Shown here piece by piece: positions 26,976 through 52,067 of a stretch of DNA of 64,000 nucleotides. The notes under the pieces are model-generated. The model saw only the letters and a list, made by a program, of their open reading frames with translations. It was not told the DNA's origin and did not search any database. The stretch is from the NCBI GenBank assembly GCA_012295275.1, contig CM022672.1, positions 11,408,001-11,472,000 of the forward strand, given 5' to 3'. Each line of letters opens with the position of its first letter. Position 1 is the first letter of the stretch. The stretch comes from Chrysomallon squamiferum (Eukaryota; Animalia; Mollusca). A program made the position numbers and the translations under genes.

Positions 26976-27838
26976 CCACGACAATAACAAACAACAAACA
27001 AACAACAACAATAATTATCTTACACCTAGCAGTTTTGTTTTTTGGGGTGTACAGTCGTTCCTCGACTTACGAGTGTCCCAACTTACGAATTTTCCGAGTT
27101 ATGAGCAGGAGCTTGGGCTACTTCACGTGGTTACCTTGCCATGGAAGCATCTCTGTTATTTTGTGTTCGAGTTTTGTACAGTATTTTGCCAAATTAATTT
27201 TTCTCACCATGGATCGTAAGAAAATGAGTACAAAGGACAGTGCTGAGAAGAAGAAGCGGATGATGTCCAATGAATTAAAGCATAAAATCATAGAAAAACA
27301 TGACAGAGGTGTGCATGTAGTCGACTTGGCTAGTTAGTACAAGCGTAGTGCCATACTGAAGCAGAAAGAGTCGTTAAAGGTTGAAACTCCAGCCAAAGGC
27401 GTTAAAATAATTTGTCTGATCTCCAAGATAAATACACTTTACAAAACCAATTTATTTCTTTACATTCTCTTTCATTTTGTTTTTTTATACAATATTTGTC
27501 ATTTATAAATACATTTTTTTTTTTTTTGCTTAAAAACACGTTGTGTGGCTGGAACAGATTAATGGTATTTCAGTTAATTTCATTTGGGAAAACTGATTTG
27601 ATATACAAGCGGATTTGAGCTCGGTCGCGGAACGAATTAAACTCGTAAGTCAAGATACCACTGTATTTTGTTTTGTTATTTAAACTTTTTTCTATATATT
27701 AAACAGCATCCATTTTGCTTTATAAACAATGACTAGCAAAGAAAAGGTGAAATGAATAAAACTTTAAAAAAGAAAAAGAAAAAAAAAGAAGAAATAAATG
27801 AATTAGACAATTTCTTATTTTTTAATTTAAAAAAAAAA

Positions 27839-27889
<51 letters not shown>

Positions 27890-27996
27890 TTATTACATAC
27901 CTGTTTCATTACCGTGTCTCTAAAAGAAATGATGGCGATGACAACAAGAACACTTATAGCAGAAATGGTACACAGCTTTCGAAGATAGCGTCTCAT
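22983..27996 (-). CDS. METTL24: METTL24-like (FkbM/Methyltransf_22-type) methyltransferase, paralogue A, 7 coding exons, 299 aa
   Basis: Exons in transcript order 27996-27901, 26871-26791, 26350-26280, 26114-25986, 25027-24953, 24484-24343, 23288-22983; GT-AG, phase-consistent, 900 nt. N-terminal TM anchor; motifs RMGHIGDGGWEIC, CIVYSFGINYDFSFD, YGCEVLSFDPS, IDVLKIDIEAAEW, VRQLLIEFH, LGFRRFYVHKNPVC. Confidence 0.9.
23633..23848. repeat. 35-bp tandem repeat, ~6 copies
   Basis: Unit AACATTGTTTTAATTTGCGTAACTGTTACGTATTT, containing the dyad CGTAAC-T-GTTACG. Confidence 0.9.
27052..27663 (+). mobile_element. Internally deleted pogo/Tigger DNA transposon in an intron of METTL24-A
   Basis: TA|CAGTCGTTCCTCGACTTACGAGT ... 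ACTCGTAAGTCAAGATACCACTG|TA imperfect TIRs with TA duplication; residual HTH peptide KKKRMMSNELKHKIIEKHDRGVHVVDLAS*YKRS..ILKQKE like the Tigger/TIGD1 N-terminus. Confidence 0.85.
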
Positions 27997-28205
27997 GCTA
28001 CGAAGATTCCCTGTAACATATAAAACAATATTCAGCCAGAAACAGATAGGTAACACTTTGACTCCAGTACTCTAGAATACTTCCCAAATGTTGAGGCACT
28101 TCATAGAAGAAAATAAACAATAAATAAATTTAAAAAAAATAATATAAAAATAATAATAAAAATACAAAAAATAATAATAAAAATAATAATAAAAATAAAA
28201 ATAAA

Positions 28206-28263
<58 letters not shown>

Positions 28264-28613
28264 TGTAATGCAACGTAATGTAAAGTAATATAAACACCTT
28301 GGTTGAAATTTGTGAAACTCGTATTTATACTTGTACACAACACAAAATGCACGAAGAAACTGTACTTTCATCCGTAATCCTAAATGTATTGAACAAAAAA
28401 TAGAATCAGTCTATAAAGCATTGTACAAACGACACGGATCACTTAGTTGCTGGTTGCTGCGTTTTGTTCGCGGGGGCTCTTTGTATATGCAAATATTTAG
28501 AAAATAACACACCCCATAAAAGAATGTTTTTTTTTTTTTTTTTATGGTTTTTGATGACTACGGTAACAGTAAAATGATGACAGTGATGATGATAATAATA
28601 ATAAAAAAATATA

Positions 28614-28645
<32 letters not shown>

Positions 28646-29419
28646 AATAATAATAGCAATAGTAACATAAATGATAATAATAACAATAAATAACTGATGT
28701 AAATTCAGCGCTGACAGCTGCAAACGACTGGTTATCCTTGTGTGTGTATGTGTGTGTAATCCTATACACGCACGCACAATACACATACACACATACACTT
28801 AAATGTGTATATGAGTGTGTCAAATGCTGGCAGACGTAACAAAAAACCAAGTATTATAAAGAAAATATATAAACATCTGCGACATTGTAGGATTAATTAA
28901 TAATAATGGATAGTAATAATAATAAAATGAATAACATAATCATGAACACAAGAACAAATCACAACAGAATAACAATGATATTTTTGTTCTTTCTTTCGTT
29001 CTTTCTTTTATTTATTTATTACTTTTTTAATTTATTTTATTGTTGTTATTATTTTTTAAATCGTGAATGCAACAACAAATCACAACAATGACAGTTTTGT
29101 TCTGTTTTCTCTAAATCGTGAAATTCAACAATTAAATAATTAAAGATCAGTAACTCACCAAATGCTTGATGTATTTTATAATTAAGGTTCAACGACTTTT
29201 CTTTCTTACTTGCACTCGAGTGTATTAATGATTGTCTGGTTCGGCTGTACTCAGCAGATTAAGTCGTCGTAAGTATGGCAAGATCTCGACCTTATCAGGC
29301 GATATTTTTGTGTAGAGATTTGACTGCCGACCTTTGTTTTGTCGTCCAAAAATGCAAACTGAGAAACCTTTCTTCCAACTCGTCTCAAATGTAGACAGTT
29401 TGTGCACACATTAGCAAAA

Positions 29420-29468
<49 letters not shown>

Positions 29469-30181
29469 GACAACCACAAATCGAGTTGATATATTCGCAT
29501 CCAGTATTTTTTTTTTTTTTTTTTTTTTTTTAATACAACGAAGAAAAACAAGCGCAGAAAAATCATATGTATTACAGTTGTTGCATGAATATTCCAAGAC
29601 TACTCTGCTTAAAATAATTATCAATTGCTGTATCTACAAAGCATGAAATACAAATAATAATAATAATAATCAGAAAAACAATGATTATAATGAAATATTA
29701 TGTCTGAACAGTCGCACAGAAATCCGATTAATTAATAAACGGTTAATAATTTGTAGAAATCACCAAAATTCAAAAAAAAAAAAAAAAAAAATTAATGACG
29801 AATATCTCATCAAATTTCTGATATGTGTTCTAATTATTATTTTTTTTCTTACCCATACTCGAGCATGTAAATGGCCGTCTTTTTCAGCTCTTTTGACGGA
29901 TGATGTCAGGGCATGATGTACGCATGTGTAAAGGTATGAATAGAGAACAACGTTTCAAACAGGATCTCTCTTTTTGTCACTTTCTCAGCCGTAGATTTAC
30001 AGTGTAATGCTTATCTAACACACACACACACACACAATATATATTTATATTTATATAAAACACGTAGTAGTATGGTGTTATTGTCATGTCATGAATATTT
30101 CTTGCAGTAAGATCTGAAATGATGAAAGTTCACAATTATAACGTCGTTCGTTGTTACGCGTTAGGTTGAACAAAAAAATTA

Positions 30182-30292
<111 letters not shown>

Positions 30293-30702
30293 AGGAATGT
30301 CTATGTATGCCTGTATTAGAAAACGTTCAGGAGAAAGAAAGGACACACACAAGAAAAAAAAAGTATTCATATATCAGGCTGTAGCGCCTCTGGCTGTAAC
30401 AACTGTTGATAAAGTAACGCTTCGTTACATTTTGCAAGTATGTCAGCAACGACACGAACAAACTGACACCACTCTACAAAGATGAATTAGAAATTATTAG
30501 ACAAAGCCTCTGTGCACTTTCTTGAAATGAAGTCGTATAGCTTCGTGCTGGAAGGTCAGCTTCTGGGGAGATGGGCCTTTGGATAGTTCCTTCTTTCTGG
30601 ACTAACGTTACATGTTTGTAACTCGAACTAAGTAAACGTAGTGAAGTGACTTTTAAAATGAACACATTTATGTTTCTATACGCATATGTGTAAATATAAA
30701 TA

Positions 30703-31298
30703 CAGGGTGTCCCAAAAGTAACCGAACCGTACACTTAAATAAAATTAGATATTAAAAATAACAAATTTAATTCCATCTTTTATGTCAGTTTATGTTATCT
30801 TTTGTACTATTCATTTACTTCTGTCAGTAGTAGTCTTTGGAATGATTTTTGTTACCTGACTGTAGTGTTCTTCGTGATCGAGACTTCTGTTTTAGCGCGC
30901 GCTACTGGACTCTCCATGGTTTGATTTGAAATGGTGACCTCACTCTTAAAAATGCAGCGAAGAACTTTAGATTTAAACGAACGTATCTTCGTTATTAAGA
31001 ATTAGTATGCAATGACTAGCTATAAGCATGTTGAAGAAAGATGGGAAGTAAACTTTAGAACACCTGTACCGAGTAAATCGACAATGTTCAATCTTGTATC
31101 CAAATTTGAAAGAACTGGAAGTGTGTCAAATGCTCCTAAAAAAGTATGTCGCAGTGTTGTCAAAAGGTGTCGTGATTGTATTGAAGTTCAAGGTAGATAT
31201 TTTGAACATTTGTAAATAATAAATATACAGATTAAATTTGTTGTTTTTAATATCTAATTTTATTTAAGTTTGCGATTCGGTTACTTGTCTACACCCTG
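30703..31298 (+). mobile_element. Internally deleted Tc1/mariner (Tc3-like) element
   Basis: TA|CAGGGTGT...ACACCCTG|TA with ~70-bp imperfect TIRs; N-terminal HTH remnant PSKSTMFNLVSKFERTGSV joined directly to the C-terminal CIEVQGRYFEHL motif; catalytic core deleted. Confidence 0.88.
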
Positions 31299-32588
31299 TA
31301 CATGTACGGACTGTATTCATTCTGTGTAGAGCTTTTGTAGGTTACTGTGTACTGAGAGGGAACCGCTCCCTCTACAAACATATGTACATTTTGCTATGTA
31401 AATATCTTAAGCAAATATGGTGTGCTATATATATATATATAAAAATAAATATATCTAAATATTTTTGTTATTAGATATTTACACATTCTGAACACCACAG
31501 AAAAAGCAACATAATATTTGCTTGTTTTTGTTTTATTTGTTTTGTTATTTTTTTGTTATTTTATTTGTTTGTTTTTTTGTTGTTTTGTTTTGTTTCTTGG
31601 CGTGGGTTGTTCATGTTATTGTTTTGTTGGGTGTTTTTATTTTTATTTTAATTTTATTTTTTATGAGGTTATTTGTTGTTGTTTTTTTGTTTTTTTAATT
31701 TTTTTAATTTTATATGAGAATTTACATAAATTAGTCATTGTAAATTTTTCTATTCGTTTCTTCCTTTCTTATTTATTTATTTATTTATTTGTTTATTTAT
31801 TTATTTATTGTTTCTATTTTGTACGTTTGTTTGTATGTATATATGGATGGATGGATGTTCATATGTATTTTAGGATCAGAATATTTACTGACTTATGTAC
31901 ATCTCATTAGGCTCTGCACATAGACAATATTCGGGAACGCACTGGCGCAGGAATACAAAGTCCAAACACGACCTCACAAACCTGTCAGATGCACATGTAC
32001 ATACAGACACATATACGTATGTACGTATGTATGTATGTATGTGTGTATGTACATGTATGCAAGTATGTACGTGTGCATTTATGCATGCATTTTTATTAAA
32101 ATAAATCATCTGTTTGTATTCTTATCTCTAACGATTCAAGATGATTTAAAGTTGACCATTATAATGTATTTTTTGTCTTAAAATTGAACACTTTGTTATT
32201 ATGCTGCCATAGCATTTTAGCATTTATTACCAAACATGTACATATAACATTTATAAATTACATACAAAAGTTTACACAAATAAACTTCCTGAACCATACA
32301 CAGAGCATTACTAAATATATTTAAAATATCTAAAATGATCTCAAAAAAGAAATCTAAAATATTAAAATATTCTCCTTCATTATTTTTCCAATGTCAATGC
32401 TGCCTCACTCTTCACACTTGCCTAATTCATTATTCATTCCGAATAACGTGTATATGTGTTTATATTAATGTATGTTTTAATGATTTGTGTGTATTTATGT
32501 ATGTATATATATCTGTATGTATCAATATTTATAGATTTATTTGTATGCATAAATGTAAGTATGTACGGGTGGGTGGGTGTTTGTGTGG

Positions 32589-32642
<54 letters not shown>

Positions 32643-32676
32643 TTATTAATATGACCTACAAGACAGTATTTACTCT

Positions 32677-43011
<10,335 letters not shown>

Positions 43012-43200
43012 TGTGACAAGATTTCTATACCTACAACTGGGTAAAATGCACATACTTTTCTAGTTTAGTGGATGATATATATGAATTGCTAGAATAGAGC
43101 TACAAGGTTTTGGTGACACTGCAGAATAGAAGATTAAGTCTGTAGCAGGCAGATTACAACTTTCTCATTACAAATAACGTTCCCGGTGGACCAACCGGTG

Positions 43201-45408
43201 TCTTCCCATCAGGTAGAATTCCCATTTCGTAGAAAAAGTTCGTCTACCGCAATACCTGATTACCTCTGTATACAATGAACTTGGCCTGTACATACTACTG
43301 GTTTCTTTCTAACATTCAGAAGCGGAGCGCATTGTTCCTAAATCAATTATGTAACAGCAACATCACTACTCATTTTTTACTTTTACATTATTATCATCAT
43401 CATTTACCTCCTCCTCATTATCATCATCATAATGATATTTGCATACTTTATGCGATAAGCGATATCCATACTACAACAATACCTCAGATTAAAGATGTAA
43501 TTGGTTCCTAATTTCCGATAGTTAAGTGAGGTATCGTTAAGCGGGAGACTAATTTACACAGAATTAAAGTTAAAAGCAGTGGTTACTTTCTCGCTGATGA
43601 AATCTGACAAAAAAAAAAGAAAAAAAAGATGAAATAAGGAGAAATAAAACTGCAGTTTAGACATAAATGATTTAAATCATTACAAATCATTACAAATCAA
43701 TTTATACAAATACATTAAAAAATAATTATATGCCGCATGTTTGTGGGTTCGTTTTTGTGGGTTTTGGTTTCATTTGAGATAATGTATTTTGTTTCAAAAG
43801 TTATTGTCTTCTGTTTCTTTTTATCATCAGTATCTGCCAGCATACTGTTTTTCGTTTTGAGATATTGGAAGGGTAAATTACAAACGAGTTTAAGTCTAAA
43901 TCGAAGCAGAAGAGAAAAGAGAATCACAATATCAGATGCACGTATGACGTGTCAACTGATCAACACAGCTGAGAGAAGCTCGTGACTGAACGAAAAACGA
44001 ACAAAAACGGACTTAAAAACATGCATTGTATCCATTTGTATCATTTATTTCGAACAATTAAAGATTAAATTTCTATTTATATAATTTGTAAAGAAAAAAG
44101 ATCGTTAAAGCGGGATATCGTTAAGCGAGATGTTACTGTATTTATACAATAATAATTGCTTTCCAAATAGTCTGGAACAGTTCATTATAATGACTGAGGT
44201 AAAGACATGCATGTCAATATGACCACTGAACCACACTTAGTATTTCGACGAATTGGGAATTCTACCAGTTGGGAGTAAGCCTTTTGTTAATAAATTTCGC
44301 TGAACCTGATTGGTTGATCGGCTTACTCCCATTTGGTAGAATTCCCAGTTCGTCGAAATACTAAATGTGGTTCAGTGGTCTTATTGACATGCATGTCTTT
44401 ACCTCAGTCATTATAATGAACTGTTCCAGATTATTTGGAAAGCAATTATTATTGTATAAATACAGTAACATCTCGCTTAACGATATCCCGCTTTAACGAT
44501 CTTTTTTCTTTACAAATTATATAAATAGAAATTTAATATTTAATTGTTCGAAATAAATGATACAAATGGATACAATGCATGTTTTTAAGTCCGTTTTTGT
44601 TCGTTTTTCGTTCAGTCACGAGCTTCTCTCAGCTGTTTTGATCAGCTGACACGTCATATGTGCATCTGATATTCTGATTCTCTTTTCTCTTCTGCTTCGA
44701 TTTAGACTTAAACTCGTTTGTAATTTATCCTTCCAACATGTCAAAACGAATAACAATATACTGGCAAATGCTGATGATCAAAAGAAACGGAAGACAATAA
44801 CTTTTGAAACAAAATACATTATCTTAAATGAAACCAAAACCCACAAAAACGAACCCACAACGAGCGGCATATAATTATTTCTTAATGTATTTGTATAAAT
44901 TGATTTGTAATGATTTGTAATGATTTAAATCATTTATGTCTAAACTGCAGTTTTATTTCTCCTTATTTCACCTCTTTTTTTTATGTCAAATTTCATCAGC
45001 GAGAAAGTAACCACTGCTTTTAACTTTAATTCTGTGTAAATTAGTCTCCCGCTTAACGATACCTCACTTAACTATCGGAAATTAGGAACCAATTACATCT
45101 TTAATCTGAGTTATTGTTGTAGTATGGATATCGCTTATCGCATAAAGTATGCAAATATGATTATGATGATGATAATGAGGAGGAGGTAAATGATGATGAT
45201 AATAATGAAAAAGTAAAAAATGAGTAGTGATGTTGCTGTTACATAAGAGATTTAGGAACAATGCGCTCCGCCTCTGAATGTTAGAAAGAAACCAGTAGTA
45301 TGTACAGGCCAAGTTCATTATATCCAGAGGTAATCAGGTATTGCGGTAGACGAGCTTTTTCTACGAAATGGGAATTATACGAACTGGGAATTCTACCAAA
45401 TGGGAAGA
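43201..45408. repeat. 2.2-kb near-perfect inverted repeat (arms 43201-44281 and 44320-45408, 38-bp spacer)
   Basis: Arms are reverse complements over their length with scattered substitutions (mirrored ORFs 43275+ and 45318- differ at a few residues). Each arm is itself bounded by ~30-bp TIRs (TCTTCCCATCAGGTAGAATTCCCATTTCGT / ACGAATTGGGAATTCTACCAGTTGGGAGTA). Confidence 0.95.
43474..44138. mobile_element. pogo/Tigger-like MITE nested in left palindrome arm (mirror copy 44463-45119)
   Basis: Right end ATCGTTAAGCGAGATGTTACTG|TA and degenerate left end TA|CAACAATACCTCAGATTAAAGAT; subterminal repeats ATCGTTAAGCG. Confidence 0.55.
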
Positions 45409-46272
45409 ACAAATAAATGTAAACTTAGTTCAACAGCTAATTTGTACTCATCGCTGTTAATAAGATTAGATTGGTTAAAAAATAACAATAATAATAATAA
45501 TAATGACTAATTAATTAACAATAGTAAGGGCTTTGATAAGGCTAATATAATAATATAAAGAGTTACTATTGCATGGAAGATCTGTTAAGAGAAATTTAAA
45601 ATATACTAATAATTATAACAAGAAAAATATATTACGTATATTTTGTAAGTTCCACTGTATTGCACCGTATTCCACTGTATATATAACACGTACCACACAT
45701 ACATGATCAACGTAATTAAAGACTACAGATGAGAAGAGCAGAAAATTATTTCACGCCATCTTGGATTGTGAACCCGAGGCGCCGAATTACGTAGAACAGT
45801 CTATGTCATTTGAATACTCATGAAACTGATTTTCAAAAAAGGCCTGTCTGCACGGTAACTAATTTATTTGATTTTATTTTACATATTTTATTTATTAATT
45901 TATTTAGTTAGTTTGTTAGTTTTATATTTTATTTCATTTGATTTTATTGTATTTTACAAAGGTAAAAAAAAAAAAAAAAAAAAAAAAATTACCAAGGAAA
46001 TTCTGTTTGTAAGCGTACCGAAAAGAAAAACCGGCATTACAAGTACGGAATACAATACGATGATGATCTTAATGCAGTTTATATGTTTAATGAACATAAA
46101 CATGTTTTTATTATTACTGCCATTGTTATTAAACAGTAACGATTATTACGCGATAGTTATTGTTAAACTAGTTATAATATATTCTCGACTGCGACCCGTA
46201 CATTAGAGCGTTCACTTACGTCATCAAACTCTTCCAAATCCTGTTGAGTGTTGTAAAATGAAAAGTATGAAT

Positions 46273-46316
<44 letters not shown>

Positions 46317-46619
46317 TTCATGGATTGTATATACTTACATACACATAGTGGAAGCATAGTTATTTTTTTTAAAGTGAAACACCTCCACAGACCTATCTGG
46401 CTATATTTAATGGTTCATCCGGTTTACATATGAATGCTTCTCGTTACGAAGTATAATGGGTTACATTTACATATATTGCATAATATCATTCTAAACACAA
46501 TGTGATTCATGAAAGTGTGGTGTATGTTGTTCAGGAGTGCCCATGTAAACAACAGCTATTTTATTATCTTATAACGACGCTGTTTAATCGTATGTATGGA
46601 GTCATTTTTACGACATCAC

Positions 46620-46830
46620 AAACCTTTGTGATATACTTATTGCTTTTCTGACCCTACTTGATGTAAATCTCAATTCCATAGAGCACTTGTAGGATGAACT
46701 AAAGAGATGCATTCACAGGAGAGACTCACAGCCTTTGAATCTTTAGCAGCAGGCCCTTGAGTAGCAGTGGGAAAACGTTCCAGGTCAAATCTACATCAAA
46801 TGCAGGGGCGCGAATGCATCTTACTGCAGA
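46620..46830 (+). mobile_element. Degenerate Tc1-like transposase C-terminal fragment
   Basis: Reads ..NLNSIEHL*DELKRCIHRRDSQP, similar to the SPDLNPIEHLWDEL motif. Confidence 0.55.
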
Positions 46831-47520
46831 ATCTGTGATGATGCTTGAGATTTTCAGTCTGTGCCTTCTTTAACAGTTAACATTTTATTTTTATTTATTT
46901 TATTTTATTTTATTTTATTTTATTATTATTATTATTATTTTTTTTTTTGCATGAGTAATGGTCCGTTGGCACCAAACGCTTGCGCATCATGTGATATTAA
47001 TGCACACGCCCATCCTCCTAAACGATGGTTACCTAATTCCACAATTTCTGCCATGAACTGCCGTCTGCTGCACGCTCACATGATATAAATATTAAGTATT
47101 TAAGACAGATTATAGTAGTAGTAGTAGTTTTAGTAGTAATGATAATGATAATGTTGTAACAGCAGTAATGGCAGTAGTAATAGTATTTGTACTAATAATA
47201 GTAGCAGTAGTGGTAATAATAGTATAAGTAATATTAGAAATGGTAGCAGTAGTAATAGCAATCATGACAGTAGTGTTACTGTGGCAGTAAATCTAGCACT
47301 TCCTTGATACTACTGCTACTAAGAACAAGTAAATTAGTGGCGTTACAATGATTATATATTTTAAACGGACACTGTTTGTAAAGAAAACATGATGCTGATA
47401 ATTCAGTAAAAAATATTTAAATAGTCTGCACTTCTACAGAGAATTTTTTCTTTTTTCTTAAATTCGAACTTTGCCTGGCTGGGTAACAACAACAATAATA
47501 ATTTGAATAATAATAGATAG

Positions 47521-47559
<39 letters not shown>

Positions 47560-47565
47560 AACAAT

Positions 47566-47607
<42 letters not shown>

Positions 47608-47953
47608 AATAATAATAATAATAATGAAGAAGAAGAAGAAAAAGAAGTGAAGATGAAGAAAAATAAAACAGAGATAAGCAAACTGAAAACTGGACGAAAA
47701 TAGAAGCAGTTCGAACGTTGCTTAAACTTTAGTTTCGTGATTATGTTTAAAATGTCGACTACGTGTTATGCATAAAATGTATTAAGTTGTTTTTTGAATT
47801 AACGAAACACATATCAATACGGAAATATATAAAATGCAAAACAGAAAATAAAATTAAATAAAACAAGTTAAAAAATAAATACAGAAAAACAGACAGACAC
47901 ACAGATAATATATATATATCTGTCTTATATATATATATATATATATATTTATA

Positions 47954-48029
<76 letters not shown>

Positions 48030-49480
48030 AAACATAAATATTCTAACACGTAGAGACATTAAACAAATTTTTGTAATCAGTACACCTCATGTTACCCACG
48101 AATAGATATTAAGATAAGAAATACATCTAAGGAACAGCGTGCAGCTAATCAAACCTACCTTATTGATCCAAATCGCATGTTAATATCAGTCGTGAAACAA
48201 AACAATTTTTCTAACACCATGTTTTTTTGTTTTTTTGTTTTTTGTTTTTGTTTTTGACTGAACTGTTTTTCTTTATCGTTAGTGGGAGAGACAGACAGAG
48301 ACAAAAAAAGAGAAACAGAGGGTAGAAAGAAAGAGAGAGGGGTGAGTGGGAGTTAGATTATTATTATATATAATATTGTGGGTTTTTTTTAAACCATCGT
48401 CTTTTACAGAAAGAGAGCTGCATGCGCAATGATTACGTTGGATTTTCTCACCTGATTTTTGTAAATTCTCTTCAAACACGACGGTTAAAAACCAGTTCGG
48501 TTGTCATATAGTAAGTGATTCCAAAATTCGTAAGTTTAACTGTAACATTCACTGCTCATTATTTCTAGAACTAACCTACAATATCGGAACGATCGTACAG
48601 ATTATTATAAACCAAAGAATTTGAAAAGGCGCTGTACTCTGATATACCTGTGGTTTCCTAGCAACCGCAGAAATCTATAACAAATAACCTCGTGGCTGAT
48701 TCACTGAATTAATCACCTACAAAATGGACTAAAAGTATCTGGTCAGAACAAAGCAGTTTCTGGATAATGTGTCGCTGTAGGATGAGTAGTAAAAAATTTT
48801 TTTTTTTTTAAACTACAGTTATTTCGTGTCGCAATCATAGTAGTAGCATTAGTATCAGTAGCAGTAGTGATTGTTGTTGTTTTTGTTAGTAGAATGTAGT
48901 AGTAATAGTGGTAGCAGAGGTACTACAGCTGGTAATAATTGTGTGAATAATAATAGTAGACATAAAAATAATAATAGTAGCAATCGTAATAGCAATAGTA
49001 GTAGTACTAGTGTTAGTGGTGGTAATAGTTATAGTGGCACCACTGGTAGTGCTAATAGCATGAACGATAAATTAGTGGTACCAGCACCTCTGTCTTTTTT
49101 TACATTTTTGTGTCTAAAACGACACGATTTCAAAATCCCATCAGTTAATATATGATGATGAAAACACTGGCTTTCGGAAGCATGTTTAAAATGTACTTAA
49201 GCAAATAAATAGTCTAATGAAAGTCCTTGTATTTCTAACGTTAAGGTTTTTACGACGATGTGTCGACACTCATAACAATAAAAGAATACGGTTATAAAAT
49301 GTTTATGCGCTTTCAAGGTCGGAGTCGTATTTGGTGCATGACAGCTCTAGAAGAAACAACTGTACAAATCGGTGGATGACATGTGATAAGATAAACCTTT
49401 TTTTTTAAAATGCCTGCGTCCTAAGCTTTTAAGACAGTAACTTTTGATTGTTATAGTTTGGAATTAATAAATATTGGATG

Positions 49481-49547
<67 letters not shown>

Positions 49548-49575
49548 AATAAATAAATAAAAAAGTAAAATAAAA

Positions 49576-49638
<63 letters not shown>

Positions 49639-49984
49639 TACTTAGAACATAGTTAATTTCTTTATAATATCAATACTTTAAGGTATACTTTAAGGCCTAT
49701 ATCAGTATTGGTACATGACAAATCAGATCATGATGAACAATTTATGCACTGTAGTGACAGTTTGTTTATGCATCATTTCGAAATTTATTAGTAAATATTA
49801 ATACCAGTGCATTTTTTAATTTGAGGTTTGATATATTAATCTAGCATAGAAATTTTCAGTAATTTTTATCAGAGGTATGGCAAAAGACAAATGTGAAGCT
49901 TATTTGAATAAATAATTCAAATTTCTGCAAACTTCTGTGATTCTGTAGAGTCCATTATAATGTCCATCTCAGTTAATTAATCAA

Positions 49985-50545
49985 GGTTTCTCCCCTGACC
50001 TTTCCCCCCTGCCAAGGATAATTGATCCCTTGTACGGATTAACTGTAACAGCTGTGAAAAATACCATTTTCTTATTAATACAACGCCACAGGAGGACCAG
50101 TATTCGTGACATGAAAGAGATACGTAGCTGTGACAATGACAATGACTTTATTCCCACAAACTGTAGGATTTCAGTACAGAGAAGAATTTATTACAGCTGT
50201 ATAATAACAAATATTAAAGTAAACGTGGAGGACATACTCTCTCACGTATAGTTCTTATTAACAAACATATATATATATATATTTTTTAATACTCCTATGT
50301 AAAATAGCACGTACTGAAGCTGAGCAGTTAACTGTAGGTAAAAAAAAATATATCATATATACAAATGCAGTTAATTAGAGATTAAAGAGAACGATACTCA
50401 GACTATAAGCAAGGATATTTGACAGTTAAAAACATGTAGGCAGGGGGAAACTGTCACGGGGGGGGGGAATAATCTAGGGGAATTCACCAAGGTGGAAATG
50501 ACCGTGGGAAATGGCTGGGGGGGAAATATCCGGGGAGGAAATGCC
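49985..50545. mobile_element. Possible Mutator/foldback-like non-autonomous element
   Basis: C-run repeats at the left end (TTTCTCCCCTGACCTTTCCCCCCTG) and tandem GGG(A)AAT.. G-run repeats at the right end (50440-50545). Confidence 0.3.
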
Positions 50546-50564
50546 GCGTCACCATATGTTTGTA

Positions 50565-50690
<126 letters not shown>

Positions 50691-52023
50691 ACCGTTAATA
50701 ATAAAGAATGTGGAGATAAAGAGGTCAAACTCATGCTATAGTTATTTGTTTCTTTGTAAGGGTATTTGTTGTTTTTAGCTGAGGAAAACGAACCCCTTGG
50801 GTTATTATCATTATGTAAATATCATCATAAGCCGTAGACTACGGTCTGAATGTAATAAGGTTCAGTGAAGTTCAGGTGACAAGGACCTCTTTAAAATGAC
50901 TGCAGTACGTTGCTTCAATCATAAGACTGGTCTTGCAAGTTATACTTGTGTGCAATAGTTAGAAGTTAAATAATGGTGGTAGTCGCTAGCAACATCTAAC
51001 TCGGAGACGCCTAAATATTTCAGCTCCACCTTGTATATCAACAAGCCTCTGAACAAAATGCCTTTGTGGCAGCAACCTTGTCAATTCATTTGGATGACAT
51101 TGTAAAGGTTCTTTTGTAGAAATCGGTTAAAGTAAAGGAGCGTTCAAATTATATCCCGAGTAAACATTTTCCACTGCCTTGTCGTTTCATCAAAACTGGT
51201 CACTCCGTTTAAACCACCGCTGGGTATGGGAAAAACCAACGAGGGTTCCGCTTAACAGTTCAGAAACAATGAAGAAGAAAAAAGTAACAAAAGGGGGGAA
51301 GGCCAAGCGATTTACCACCATGACCTGAACACAATTAGGTGAACGAACTAGAGAACAACTGAAAGATGAACTCAGGAGGCTTGTTGTAAAGATTGGGTCA
51401 ATGGTGACTGAGCTGACCTTGATGAGCCTGTGTGTGTGTGTGTGTGTGTGTGTGTTTCTGTGTGTAACGACGTAGTCTCCAGACAAACATGAAACCACCC
51501 GCCTATTCCAAGGCCAATGTAATACAACAAAAATAATGCTATTTTTGAAGCGTTTAATGTTCATCTGATTGATCTGATTTGATTTTGTTATGTTATGTTA
51601 AGTTATGTTACCTTGCTATGCTAGGTTATGCTATGCTACGTTATGTTATGTTATATTATGTCATGTCATGTTATTTATTTATTCACTTAATTATTTTTTT
51701 ATTTTATTATATTTTATTTTATTTTATTTTATTTGACAGTCAATGAAATACACTTCTATACACACAATCGTTTTGAGCGGTGTGGAGAGGAGCTTGCTTG
51801 TTGTTTGTTTGTTTTCTTTTCTTTGCTGTATACAACCAAAATACATTCGTCTTTATTACAAATGAAAACGTTTTAAAGAACTGTGTTTATTGCCAACCAC
51901 TAATCACAACAGCAAAACAATGCAATTTTTTTCTCTTTTTTTTGCAGCTATTCATACAGCTGGTAACAAAGTCTGTGTCGATACTTTCAACTTCCAAGTG
52001 ATTTATTTAAAAATAATAACAAA

Positions 52024-52067
<44 letters not shown>

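Noticed and set aside
43275-43511. His/Pro-rich 78-aa ORF and its mirror at 45082-45318
   Set aside because: Arises from (CAT)n/(CCT)n low complexity inside the palindrome arm.
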